A program made the translations under genes and the position numbers. The notes below the pieces were generated by a model that ran no database searches, was not told where the DNA came from, and worked only from the letters and a program-made list of their open reading frames with translations. Below are positions 22,563 through 32,300 of a stretch of DNA of 64,000 nucleotides, piece after piece (positions within the stretch are counted from its first letter, which is position 1; every line of letters starts with the position of its first letter). Origin of the DNA: a virus; IMG/VR virus record IMGVR_UViG_3300027792_000292, positions 1-64,000 of that record. One strand, 5' to 3'.

Positions 22563-22564
22563 AG

Positions 22565-25500
22565 ATGGCTAAGAATTTAGGAAATGAAGTATTTAGTGTA
22601 TATGATGGCCTTGGTTATGCCTATGATAAAGTATTTTTTCAGAAGGGTAAACCCCCTCTTTCCTCCGAACTGAATGAAGCACAGCAGCAATTGGAGCTTC
22701 TTACTCAGAAGAGTACGGCACATATGCCCTCTGGGTGGCTTAGTTACAGGCCCTTCTTCACTGATAAATCTTTAGAGAACTACTTCTATACTCAGGACCC
22801 TGAGGGTTCCAAACCTGAGGTAGCTTTGGTAAATGGATGGCCTATCTATGTAACCAATACAGGAACATCTTTGCCACACGTTAATGCTATTAATCTATCT
22901 GATTTTGAGCTTCGCTCTGGAAGTAGAGTAGATGGAGTTTTCTTAGAAGTTTGGAGATCTTTGCTTTCTCCGGGAACAAGTGAATCCAAACCTCAGAATC
23001 TTCGTAAAGTTAGTAACCTTAATACAGTTTATATGTTTAATGACCAGATTGGTTGGGCGCTTGGGGATAACGGTGTTATACTTAAAACTATAGATGGTGG
23101 TAATAATTGGGTATCAAAAGAAACTCCTGTTGCAGTAACTTTCAATAAAGTTAAATTCCATGATGCTTACTTAGGATATGCTGTTGGTAACAACGGGTAT
23201 ATAATTAAGACGGTCAATGGTGGAGAAAGTTGGACAGTGATTACTACTAACATAACTAATGTTCTTAATGACTTATATATCATAGATGATACAACAGTAT
23301 GTGTTGTAGGTGATAGCGGTACAGTTCTGCTTACTATTGATGGTACAAATTTTGAACTTATTGAGCAGACTAGTGGTATTTCTACAAACTTCAATGGTGT
23401 CTTTTTCTTTGATACAGCAGTAGGGTGGGTAGTAGGAGATACTGGCACTTTACTTATTACAAATGATGGTGGAAATTCTTGGACATCTCAAACTATAATC
23501 GATGCATCGAATAGCCTGCAGGTAATAGAGGATTTAACCTCTGTAGCATTTTTTAATCTGAATGACGGTTTAGTCATTGGTAGAAATGGCATTATATTAA
23601 AGACTACAGATGGGGGAAGATCTTGGTCAAATATGACCAATAATATATGGACGGGTACTGAGTATGCATCTCTTACGACTTTATATCCAACAAAAGAAAA
23701 TACATTATATAGTATTTTTATTCAAAAAGAATTTCCTCTTGATTTCTCTGTAACAATATATCCTAATTCAAGGAGTTTCTTCTCTTCAGCCTCCTATAAA
23801 ATATCACCAACTAACTACCCTAACGCTTTAGTCCTTGAGTGGGTAGGAGTTCAAGATAGAAGGAGCTATATAGAAGTCCTTAATTTGGATAACTATGCTA
23901 ATGCAGAAGAGCTTAGAGATGCTATCAACGCTGTTACTAGCCCTTATCTTGCCTCAGATGCTGCGCTGCCTGATGCATCGAGGCAGAAAATTAGAGTTTT
24001 CCAATCTGTTGTTGATTTTGCCCCTATCAATAAGCCTTCTGAGCTTAGACCTTCTTCTGGTGTTATTCCTAATCGAACAACTACAGATATTAGTTTTTCT
24101 ATTCAAGATAGAGCATGGGTTTGTGGGTCTAATGGATTACTTATCACTACAGAAAATAGCGGTGCTAAATGGAGAGTACTTAGCGCGGGTACGGGAGTAG
24201 ACCTATACGATTTGTTTTTTGTTAATGAGGCTTTAGGATGGGTAGTAGGATATGAGGGAACAATCATAAAATATGATCCTAATAATATAGATAATCAATA
24301 CGAAGAACAGGATTCAGATTTAGAAGTAAGGACTAAAGGAAGAATTTATCCTGAAGGTAATATACAGTCTGAAGCTACAGACTATTTAGAAGATAATATG
24401 ATAGACCCTAATGTAGGAGTAGAGACAACAAAAAGGGTTCAAATACAGTATAGAATACGAGTAGTAGATGGTATTGATCCTTTCAATTTCCCAGAAGCAG
24501 GATTAGGGGCGCAGTACGTTTATAGTATGGGTCCTAATACTGGAATAACTGATGCTGGAAGTTACACTTTCGAAAATATGGGGAGTAGTAATGGAGACTA
24601 CGGATTGTGGAGATCTCGTTGCAGAAATACTCATGATGGGTACAGCTGGGCTATTCCTATGTTCTTTGTATCAAGAAGGAATTCTTCACCATTCAATATT
24701 GAGTCTAACATAAATGGTTCTACATATTATGAATTAAATGCTATTAGACCTGACGGGCTAACATATACTGAAATTGTTAGTGATGATATAGTAGATATAC
24801 GTAGAAAGATTGTAGTAAATACTATGAGTGGTATTCTTGAGAAGAATTTAGATCTTCTTCTTCAGAATCAGCTTAAAACAAAGATAGATAATAAAGATAA
24901 CAGGGGAACTCAATTTAGTACTTCTATCCTCTCAGTAGATACTTATACTGGTATCGGAGATATAACTAATCTGGCTACTGGTGCTGTATCTTCTACGGCA
25001 GTGATACGAGATGATATCAAAACTGTGAATTCTAATATCACCCCTGTTGAGACTGAGCTAACATTTGGCCCTAGAGAAAAAGCATTGTATATCAATGAGA
25101 CGGCACTATATAGCGCCTTTATTATAAGAGACTCTGCGGTAACAAGTGAACGTGTTCAAGGAACCTGGGAAGGATTGGGAACAGATTCTGTCGTCTTTAC
25201 TCTTACTGGAAATAATCCAACAGGAGATAATATACAGTATCAGATAACTGCAACCTACCTTGATTTTTCAGGGGTTGGATTATCCAGAATACCTGTTCAG
25301 CCTTTGGGGATGAAATATATCCCAGACGACACAAATAGCTCATTGTTCTACAGAGGAATAAATGTATTTAATAACGACGAGGTTATAGAATATCTTGATG
25401 AGAGAGTATCTGGGTATAAGGACTACACTATTCTTTATTCAGCAAAGACTATACAGAATACTGTTGATATGCAGAATCTATATAAGGATATAGGAAATCT

Positions 25501-26995
25501 ACCTGAGAATGATATAGAGTTTAAGAGGTCGTTAAGGAAATTTCATGGTCAACAATTCAGAGGCTCCCTTGTTGAATACCATTACTTCTTCCAGGCAATT
25601 GAACCGACAAGTGTTATTAGAGTGCCGAAGAATCTTAGCGGATATGGGGTTTTTTCAGTCAAAAGTGTTTCAAGTATAAACGGTTCTGTATATAAGATTT
25701 CTAAAGATTTCAGGACTTGGAGTTCTTTAAGAGATAGGGAACTTACTGATTCTGGGGTCGATAAGACCTACATATTGATTTATCTCGATGAAGCTTTTGT
25801 GGTGCCCTCAAATACTATTGTGGAAGTAGTTATGGAAGTTACAACAACTTCTGACGCTACCACCGCTAATGATTTGGGTCTTCCTTTAAATCATAAGGGA
25901 GAGAACCAGCAGGCATTGAGAGCGCCTTATATGGTCAATTTTAATGTTAGCTCAAAGGGTATAGAAGGTTTTTACAAGTCTGTTCTGTTCCCTGTATTGT
26001 TGACTACTGACGATCAGAGGGAGTTTACTATTGATCTAAGGAATGCTAGCTCCGCTTTCCCGGAACTACTGAATGGTCTTATTCTTGGTATAAGCTCTTT
26101 TTCAACAAGTGAGAAGCAGTATGAGATGTTTGCTTGGTATCCTGAAATTTCTATAATACCGGATGAGACAGTATATACAGTACTTCCTATCCTTTCAATA
26201 AGTCCTACGGATGATGAACCTGATATAACAGGTATGGGAACGGTGGCGGCTAAGTTTAGAATAGATCCTAGAGTGACAACCCATTCTGGGACTATCTATG
26301 TACCATTATTAGTCAAACAGATAACTTTTGAGAATTTGACTCAAACAACTACAACTAATATCTTATATAGATATCGCCCATATCAGACTCTCAATTCATT
26401 GCCAGACAGTTTGGATGTTGAAATTATGAAATGTTCTGAGTTTTTATATATCTCTAACCTTGGAACCGGAGCAACACCGGATATTAAAGGTGAGCCATAT
26501 GAAAGTCCTATAGATAACATTCCGGTTAATGATCCAGATTTCTTGAGTGAAAATATGTTTACCAACGTGGATGATTTAGATTTTAGCAACTTCAGTATAG
26601 ATTCAGGGTTTGTAAAACTACCTGCAATAATAGGTAGAACAGTAGGGTCCTCCCTTACATTATCTCAACCTAACAATGTTGGAGATAAACTTGGGAGGGC
26701 CTACTATGCAGCTTGTAGCGAAGAGTTCAGAATACAAGCTGAGCATATGTCTGTTGCTAATCCAAGAAAAGTTTTCATTCCTATGCTTGCCAGAATAAGG
26801 TCTGATATAATTTCTCCTTTTGTAAGAGGGGAGTTAGTTCTCCTTATATTCTCAAAGGTATACAGAGCAAGAACTGAAAATCAGGTTGGATTCTTCGAGG
26901 ATGATGATATAGAGTATCAACCTGGGTATACAGAAACAGCTGAGACATCTGTAGGTATTTATAGATTACAGAATAAGCCTATAGTTAGGATGTAA
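22565..26995 (+). CDS. Tail/baseplate structural protein with inserted YCF48/BNR (Asp-box) beta-propeller
   Basis: Repeats GWxxGxxGxIxxTxDGGxxW (e.g. GWALGDNGVILKTIDGGNNW). The N-terminal and central blocks are shared with 47834..51139 (PSGWL, VNGWP, VFLEVW, ETTKRVQIQYRIR). Confidence 0.75.
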   Translation: MAKNLGNEVFSVYDGLGYAYDKVFFQKGKPPLSSELNEAQQQLELLTQKSTAHMPSGWLSYRPFFTDKSLENYFYTQDPEGSKPEVALVNGWPIYVTNTGTSLPHVNAINLSDFELRSGSRVDGVFLEVWRSLLSPGTSESKPQNLRKVSNLNTVYMFNDQIGWALGDNGVILKTIDGGNNWVSKETPVAVTFNKVKFHDAYLGYAVGNNGYIIKTVNGGESWTVITTNITNVLNDLYIIDDTTVCVVGDSGTVLLTIDGTNFELIEQTSGISTNFNGVFFFDTAVGWVVGDTGTLLITNDGGNSWTSQTIIDASNSLQVIEDLTSVAFFNLNDGLVIGRNGIILKTTDGGRSWSNMTNNIWTGTEYASLTTLYPTKENTLYSIFIQKEFPLDFSVTIYPNSRSFFSSASYKISPTNYPNALVLEWVGVQDRRSYIEVLNLDNYANAEELRDAINAVTSPYLASDAALPDASRQKIRVFQSVVDFAPINKPSELRPSSGVIPNRTTTDISFSIQDRAWVCGSNGLLITTENSGAKWRVLSAGTGVDLYDLFFVNEALGWVVGYEGTIIKYDPNNIDNQYEEQDSDLEVRTKGRIYPEGNIQSEATDYLEDNMIDPNVGVETTKRVQIQYRIRVVDGIDPFNFPEAGLGAQYVYSMGPNTGITDAGSYTFENMGSSNGDYGLWRSRCRNTHDGYSWAIPMFFVSRRNSSPFNIESNINGSTYYELNAIRPDGLTYTEIVSDDIVDIRRKIVVNTMSGILEKNLDLLLQNQLKTKIDNKDNRGTQFSTSILSVDTYTGIGDITNLATGAVSSTAVIRDDIKTVNSNITPVETELTFGPREKALYINETALYSAFIIRDSAVTSERVQGTWEGLGTDSVVFTLTGNNPTGDNIQYQITATYLDFSGVGLSRIPVQPLGMKYIPDDTNSSLFYRGINVFNNDEVIEYLDERVSGYKDYTILYSAKTIQNTVDMQNLYKDIGNLPENDIEFKRSLRKFHGQQFRGSLVEYHYFFQAIEPTSVIRVPKNLSGYGVFSVKSVSSINGSVYKISKDFRTWSSLRDRELTDSGVDKTYILIYLDEAFVVPSNTIVEVVMEVTTTSDATTANDLGLPLNHKGENQQALRAPYMVNFNVSSKGIEGFYKSVLFPVLLTTDDQREFTIDLRNASSAFPELLNGLILGISSFSTSEKQYEMFAWYPEISIIPDETVYTVLPILSISPTDDEPDITGMGTVAAKFRIDPRVTTHSGTIYVPLLVKQITFENLTQTTTTNILYRYRPYQTLNSLPDSLDVEIMKCSEFLYISNLGTGATPDIKGEPYESPIDNIPVNDPDFLSENMFTNVDDLDFSNFSIDSGFVKLPAIIGRTVGSSLTLSQPNNVGDKLGRAYYAACSEEFRIQAEHMSVANPRKVFIPMLARIRSDIISPFVRGELVLLIFSKVYRARTENQVGFFEDDDIEYQPGYTETAETSVGIYRLQNKPIVRM

Positions 26996-27000
26996 TTTAG

Positions 27001-28059
27001 ATGGAACTAAAGACAAATAAATCAAATACTATATCTATAGTAAAAGGTATAGATGGTACTACAAATTATGTAGTTAATCTTGGCACCGTACTTTATAATA
27101 ATACTTTTGTATCATTAAATAATCTTATCATTCCTATAAGCTCACAACAGTTTTTTGATTTGCCTAAAGATGCTAATAAATATGCTGTAGTGAATGTATA
27201 TTATAAGATAGAAACAGGTAAGTTTATTTTTGATAATGTAGGAATATTTAGCACATCTGTTACTTCTATATCACATAAGGTAATACAAAACCACATCCCG
27301 ATAGCTCAGTTTATTCTTTATAATAGGAATAGGGCTACCGAAGTAATATCTTTGAACGAATACTCACAGATGGCTACTTTTACGATTAGTGATGAACTGA
27401 TAAAAGGAACAACGGGTGCTAAAGGAGATTTAGGTAGTACTGGAGTATTAGGTAATACAGGAATATTAGGTAATACAGGACACGTAGGATATACTGGTCA
27501 GAATGGGTTACAGGGAGATACAGGTTTAGGATTAACAGGTTTCTACGGTATACAGGGTTCAACTGGATGGTACCCAGATAAAGATTTACAGTTATACCTT
27601 AAGTTTAAAAATGATGATGAAACTTTAGTAGACTATTCTATATATGAAAGAGACCTACAGTGGGATATAGGTATTACTGGGGCTTCTTTTTATACTTTAG
27701 AATCAGGTATCGTCGATGGCTGTTTTTCTGTACAATACCAAGGAGCGCCATCAAGATTTAAGAGAAATACGTATCTAGGGCTTACAGGTACAGGGATAGT
27801 AGCAGCATGGATAAAAATAAGTGTTAAACCAATATCAAATTTTACGTATACTATAAATAGTACAAATCCTTTGAAGGTTAGGTTTCTGGATAGTAGCACG
27901 TACTACCCAGAGGAGTGGATGTGGGATTTTGGAGATACTTACAAAAGTGCTACAAGAAATACAGAGCATACTTTCAGTAGCTCCGGGACATATAGAGTAA
28001 GTTTAACAACAACGAATTCAGTCGGTTCAGATACTTTTTCACAATACATAACAGTTTAA
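27001..28059 (+). CDS. Collagen-like fibre protein with N-half of a LamG-like domain and a C-terminal PKD domain
   Basis: G-X-Y run (GTTGAKGDLGSTGVLGNTGILGNTG...). LamG-like start 'LQLYLKF...DYSIY...IVAAWIK'. PKD 'WMWDFGD...HTFSSSGTYRVSLT'. Confidence 0.75.
   Translation: MELKTNKSNTISIVKGIDGTTNYVVNLGTVLYNNTFVSLNNLIIPISSQQFFDLPKDANKYAVVNVYYKIETGKFIFDNVGIFSTSVTSISHKVIQNHIPIAQFILYNRNRATEVISLNEYSQMATFTISDELIKGTTGAKGDLGSTGVLGNTGILGNTGHVGYTGQNGLQGDTGLGLTGFYGIQGSTGWYPDKDLQLYLKFKNDDETLVDYSIYERDLQWDIGITGASFYTLESGIVDGCFSVQYQGAPSRFKRNTYLGLTGTGIVAAWIKISVKPISNFTYTINSTNPLKVRFLDSSTYYPEEWMWDFGDTYKSATRNTEHTFSSSGTYRVSLTTTNSVGSDTFSQYITV
27446..27480 (+). repeat. 18-nt tandem duplication in collagen-like coding region
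   Basis: TATTAGGTAATACAGGAA followed by TATTAGGTAATACAGGA (encodes LGNTG twice). Confidence 0.8.
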
Positions 28060-28063
28060 TATT

Positions 28064-28732
28064 ATGACTATTACAGCAAATCTAACAGCGGACATAACAT
28101 TAGGTAGAGCACCTTTGGTGGTTACTTTTACAAATACCTCTGTAGGAGCCATCACTAGTACAGTTTATGATTTTGGGGATGGTGCTTCTACTGATTATGA
28201 GACGACATCAGCAGTGCATGTATATACGGAACCAGGAATATATACTGTTAAATTAATAGTAAAAAATGACATAGAAGAAGACGTAAAAATACTAGATAGT
28301 TATATAGTAGTTGAAGAAAAAGTAGAAGAGCCAGATTTTGTTATATTACTATCAGAAAATTCGGATACTAATGAGTACTGGAAATTTTATGTAGATTTAG
28401 ATAAACATTTAATATTTGAGACGCATGAATATGTATGGAGGTCTGTAGACCCAATCATATATATTCATAGATGGACATTTGTTATGTTTAATAAATCCGA
28501 AGAAAAGATGTATATTAGCTCTGCCCGTAGCAAATTAAAGATAGTACCCTCTACTAAAAGCGTAAATACAACTCCAATTATTCCATCCTCAAAAAAAATC
28601 TATGTAGTCCCAAACAGCACTATGAAGATCGATGAATTGCAGGTTTGGAGCAAGGACGTAGATTTTTCTAACTATACTCAATCGCTTAGAGGCATAGCAG
28701 GAAGATTAGATGACTTAGACTCCATAGCTTGA
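28064..28732 (+). CDS. PKD-domain protein with C-half of a LamG-like domain
   Basis: PKD 'APLVVTFTNTS...YDFGDG...HVYTEPGIYTVKL', followed by a LamG-like end 'RWTFVMF...MYI...MKIDELQVWSK'. Confidence 0.75.
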   Translation: MTITANLTADITLGRAPLVVTFTNTSVGAITSTVYDFGDGASTDYETTSAVHVYTEPGIYTVKLIVKNDIEEDVKILDSYIVVEEKVEEPDFVILLSENSDTNEYWKFYVDLDKHLIFETHEYVWRSVDPIIYIHRWTFVMFNKSEEKMYISSARSKLKIVPSTKSVNTTPIIPSSKKIYVVPNSTMKIDELQVWSKDVDFSNYTQSLRGIAGRLDDLDSIA

Positions 28733-28801
28733 GTTAATATCGTTATATAGCTACGCAGTGGAATGGTGGTCACTATGAACCTAAGAATCCACGGAATAAG
28801 T

Positions 28802-28816
28802 TTATTATCTATTAAT
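28802..28816 (+). promoter_or_regulatory. Variant late-promoter motif (TTATTATCT-AT-TAAT)
   Basis: Two mismatches to TAATAATCTnnTAAT. Lies in the intergenic gap before the PKD gene cluster. Confidence 0.35.
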
Positions 28817-28865
28817 ATTTTCCCCTTATCGATAGGACCTATTTTTATCTCTCAAAGGCTTTTGC

Positions 28866-29330
28866 ATGGCTCTTGATGCTTCTTTAACTATTGATAAGTA
28901 TATTGGTAGCCTACCGTTAACTGTACAATTTACGGGTATTGCTTTATTGGGGACACCTACCTCTTGGGCATGGGATTTCGGGGATGGGATAACAAGTTCA
29001 GAACAAAGTCCATCTCATACCTATACAAGTGTTGGGTCACATACATTAAAGCTTAATGTAACAGATGGAACAGACACAGTTAACCTGATATATGAGAGAG
29101 TTATTACGGTTATGAAGATTGATTTTGATGCTTATCCAAAAAAGGGTAGAGTACCGTTAAATGTTAAGTTCACAGATAAAAGTATAATCTCTACACCTTA
29201 TGAACTTGTAAGTAGAGAGTGGAACTTTGGAGATGGTACTGCTTTTTCTGTTTTGGGATCTCCTGTACATACATATGTTGATCCAGGGGCATACTCTGTA
29301 TATTTTACAGCTAGGGTAAGAAGGACTTAA
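28866..29330 (+). CDS. Tandem PKD-domain protein (2 domains)
   Basis: 'PTSWAWDFGDG...PSHTY' and 'REWNFGDG...PVHTYVDPGAYSV'. Confidence 0.85.
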   Translation: MALDASLTIDKYIGSLPLTVQFTGIALLGTPTSWAWDFGDGITSSEQSPSHTYTSVGSHTLKLNVTDGTDTVNLIYERVITVMKIDFDAYPKKGRVPLNVKFTDKSIISTPYELVSREWNFGDGTAFSVLGSPVHTYVDPGAYSVYFTARVRRT

Positions 29331-29332
29331 AG

Positions 29333-32300
29333 ATGGCAATTATATATGTAAGTAATCTGGCTACAGGTGCAAATAATGGTACATCTTGGGTTAATGCCTA
29401 TAGTAGCCTTAGTAGCGCTCTTAGTGCCGCATTTTCTAATGATGAGATTTGGTTAAAGGATAATGGTGATGCTCATCCTTATACAGGTACTTATGTAGTA
29501 AATGAAAGTAATCTGAAAATATATGGTGGATTTGCAGGCACCGAAACTGCTTTAACTCAGCGTGATGTTCTTACCCATCCTGCTCGTTTTATACAAAATT
29601 ATTCTGGAATTTTTCAGTTCTCCGCATCGGGGACAACATATGATGGTCTTCTTTTTGACCTATATGGCTCAATATCTTCCTACGTATCTAGTGGTGGAGC
29701 GATAACAGGTGGAACTGTAACTATTAGAAACTGTATTTTCTTAAACTGCGTAGCAGCTGATGCAGGTGGAGCTTTAGTTATTGGTTCAGGTAGTACAGTA
29801 GAGAACTGCTACTTTAATAGTTGTTCTATATCCCCCGCTTGGGGGGGACCTGGAGGAGCTATATACGCTACTAGTGCAAGCCCCTTAGTTAGAACGACTA
29901 TAAGAAACTGCGCTTTCTTTAGTAACAGTAGTACAACTTTAGGCGGTGCTGTATACTGCGAGGATAATACTCTTGTAAAAAACTGTTTATTTGTAGGAAA
30001 CTTCTCTAGTACTACATCAGGATCGGGTGGTGGGCTATTTTATAGTATAAAAGTTCCAGGGGCGGGTTATGGCGAGTCCATAGTAAATAATACTTTTTAT
30101 GCTAACGCCGCAGCCTATGGAGGTGGATTATTTATAGATGGTATAAGTGGTAACTCTATAGATTTAGTTAACAATATATTATGGAATAATAATACCCCTC
30201 CTGCTGGTTCATGGCATGAAGCTGTAATACTAATACCTGTTAATTTGCTATATAATGACATAAGGAGTAGGTTAGATTCCTTATATTTTTATGCTCCTAC
30301 AGTAACTACAGAGACTAGTACCTTATACGCTGACCCTTTATTTTTAGATGCTGCTGAAGGAAGATTTGAACTTACTATACCATCTCCTTGTAGAGGCACA
30401 GGAAAAGGTTTACTCGATAGGGGAGCTATTAGTAATGTTATGGATTTTTCTGGTAGCCCTACATCAGGTAATGTTCCTCTTTCAGTAGCTTTTAGCGACC
30501 TAAGTTATTCTCAGGGGATACTAAGAAATACGTCAGAGTGGAGTTTTGGGGATTCAACAACTCTTCTAAATACAGCCAATCCTACGCATGAGTATAGTTC
30601 CGCAGGAACGTATAGTGTAGGATTTTGCGGGACCTTTGTTGGATTTTGTGGAGTTAATTATGGCCCTATATATAATATTGCTGCCCCTACGTATGATGTA
30701 CTTAATGTTAAGACTAACTATATAACTGCAATAGCAGTAATACCACCTGTAGCTGCTATATCTCCTTCTTCAGTACCTACAGGCAATATGCCTTATACTA
30801 TGACTTTTAATGATGTATCAACAGGAATTATTACTTCCCGTAGTTGGAGCGATGGAAGAGGGAATACTGGGACAGGATCTTCTTTTACAGTTACTTCCAC
30901 GGAAAATGTAAGTTTTCCAGTTACTCTGACAGTCAGTAACTCAGGAGGAAGCTCAAGCGCTACAGTACAAGTTAATATAAGACCTGTTGCTTCTTTTTCT
31001 AAATCAGCAACTACTATTATTGAAGGTGAGTCCGTAACATTTGATGCTAGTAGCTCATATACTAATATATCAAGTTACATATGGGATTTTGGGGATGGTA
31101 GTCCAGTACAATCTGTATCAAATCCTACTATATCACACCAGTATGTATTGCCTGGGTATTGGTATGTAACACTAACTGTACGTTTTAATGGTATAGATAG
31201 TCATACAGTAGGATCATATGTAGATGTATCGTATTCCCCACCTCCACCAGGAGTCCCAGTTGTAAGTATAAGTTTTAACCCTACAACAGGTTACCCTAAT
31301 ACAACTAGCTTTAACCTATCTGGTAGTGCAACTTATGCAGGGCCTATAAATAGTTGGGAGTGGGATTTTGGAGATGGTACCCCACATGACTTAACGCAAA
31401 ATACTACTCATACTTTTTCTAATAATAGAAATTATAATGTAGTTCTTTATGCGACTCATCTATGTGGGGATGTAGAAAGGACGGGAAGCTTAACAAAGAT
31501 CCTTCCTGTAAAGCCTAAAGCATATTTTACCCCAGTCTCTACAACAACTATAACAGCAGGAGATTCAGTAACTTTTAATGGTACCGGGTCTGGGGTTACC
31601 GTAACTAACTGGACATGGAATTTTAATGATGGGCCGACACAAACGGGCTCGATTGTTTCACATACATTCAGTTCCGCAGGAACGTATAGTGTTACCCTTG
31701 TTGCTACGGGAATAGATGGATTAACAGATTCACTCACTCGCACAAATCTAATTGTTGTTAATCCAGCTCCTCCTCCTCCTCCTGATGCTCCTGTAGCGGA
31801 TTTTACATATAATCCATCAAGTGGAACAGTTCCTCTTACAGTTAGCTTTACTGATAACTCTTCAGGGGGGACTATATCTTCACGAGATTGGGATTTTGGA
31901 GATGGCTCCTCACATTCTCCTGCTACAAACCCTACGCATGTATATACACTTAATAAGCAACATACTGTACGATATACCGTAACAGGGCCTGGAGGTAGTA
32001 GCTATAAAGAAAGAGTAGTATCTGTAAGACCTTTAGCTTCTTTTTATGCTAGTTCTACATCTGCACTAACAGGAGAACTTATATCTTTTAATGGGCTAGG
32101 TTCTACAGTAACGATAACTAATTGGGATTGGACTTTTGGAGATAGTACTTTTGGTACTGGTTCTACTATAGCAAAGTCATATGCAACAGCAGGAACATAT
32201 AGCGTTACATTAAGAGTAACAGGTACAGATGGCTTAATAGATAGTCAGCAACAAATAAATTTAATTACTGTATATAATAATGTAACAGCAAATTTTACGT

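Noticed and set aside
22980-24330. Photosystem II assembly factor Ycf48 as an auxiliary metabolic gene
   Set aside because: The repeats are generic BNR/Asp-box propeller blades embedded in a virion protein. There is no signal peptide and no photosynthesis context.
28758-28792. Possible small RNA structure (GTGGA/TCCAC enclosing ATGGT/ACTAT) in the 28733-28865 gap
   Set aside because: Only 5-bp stems with a wobble. Too weak to distinguish from chance, and no U-tract for a terminator.
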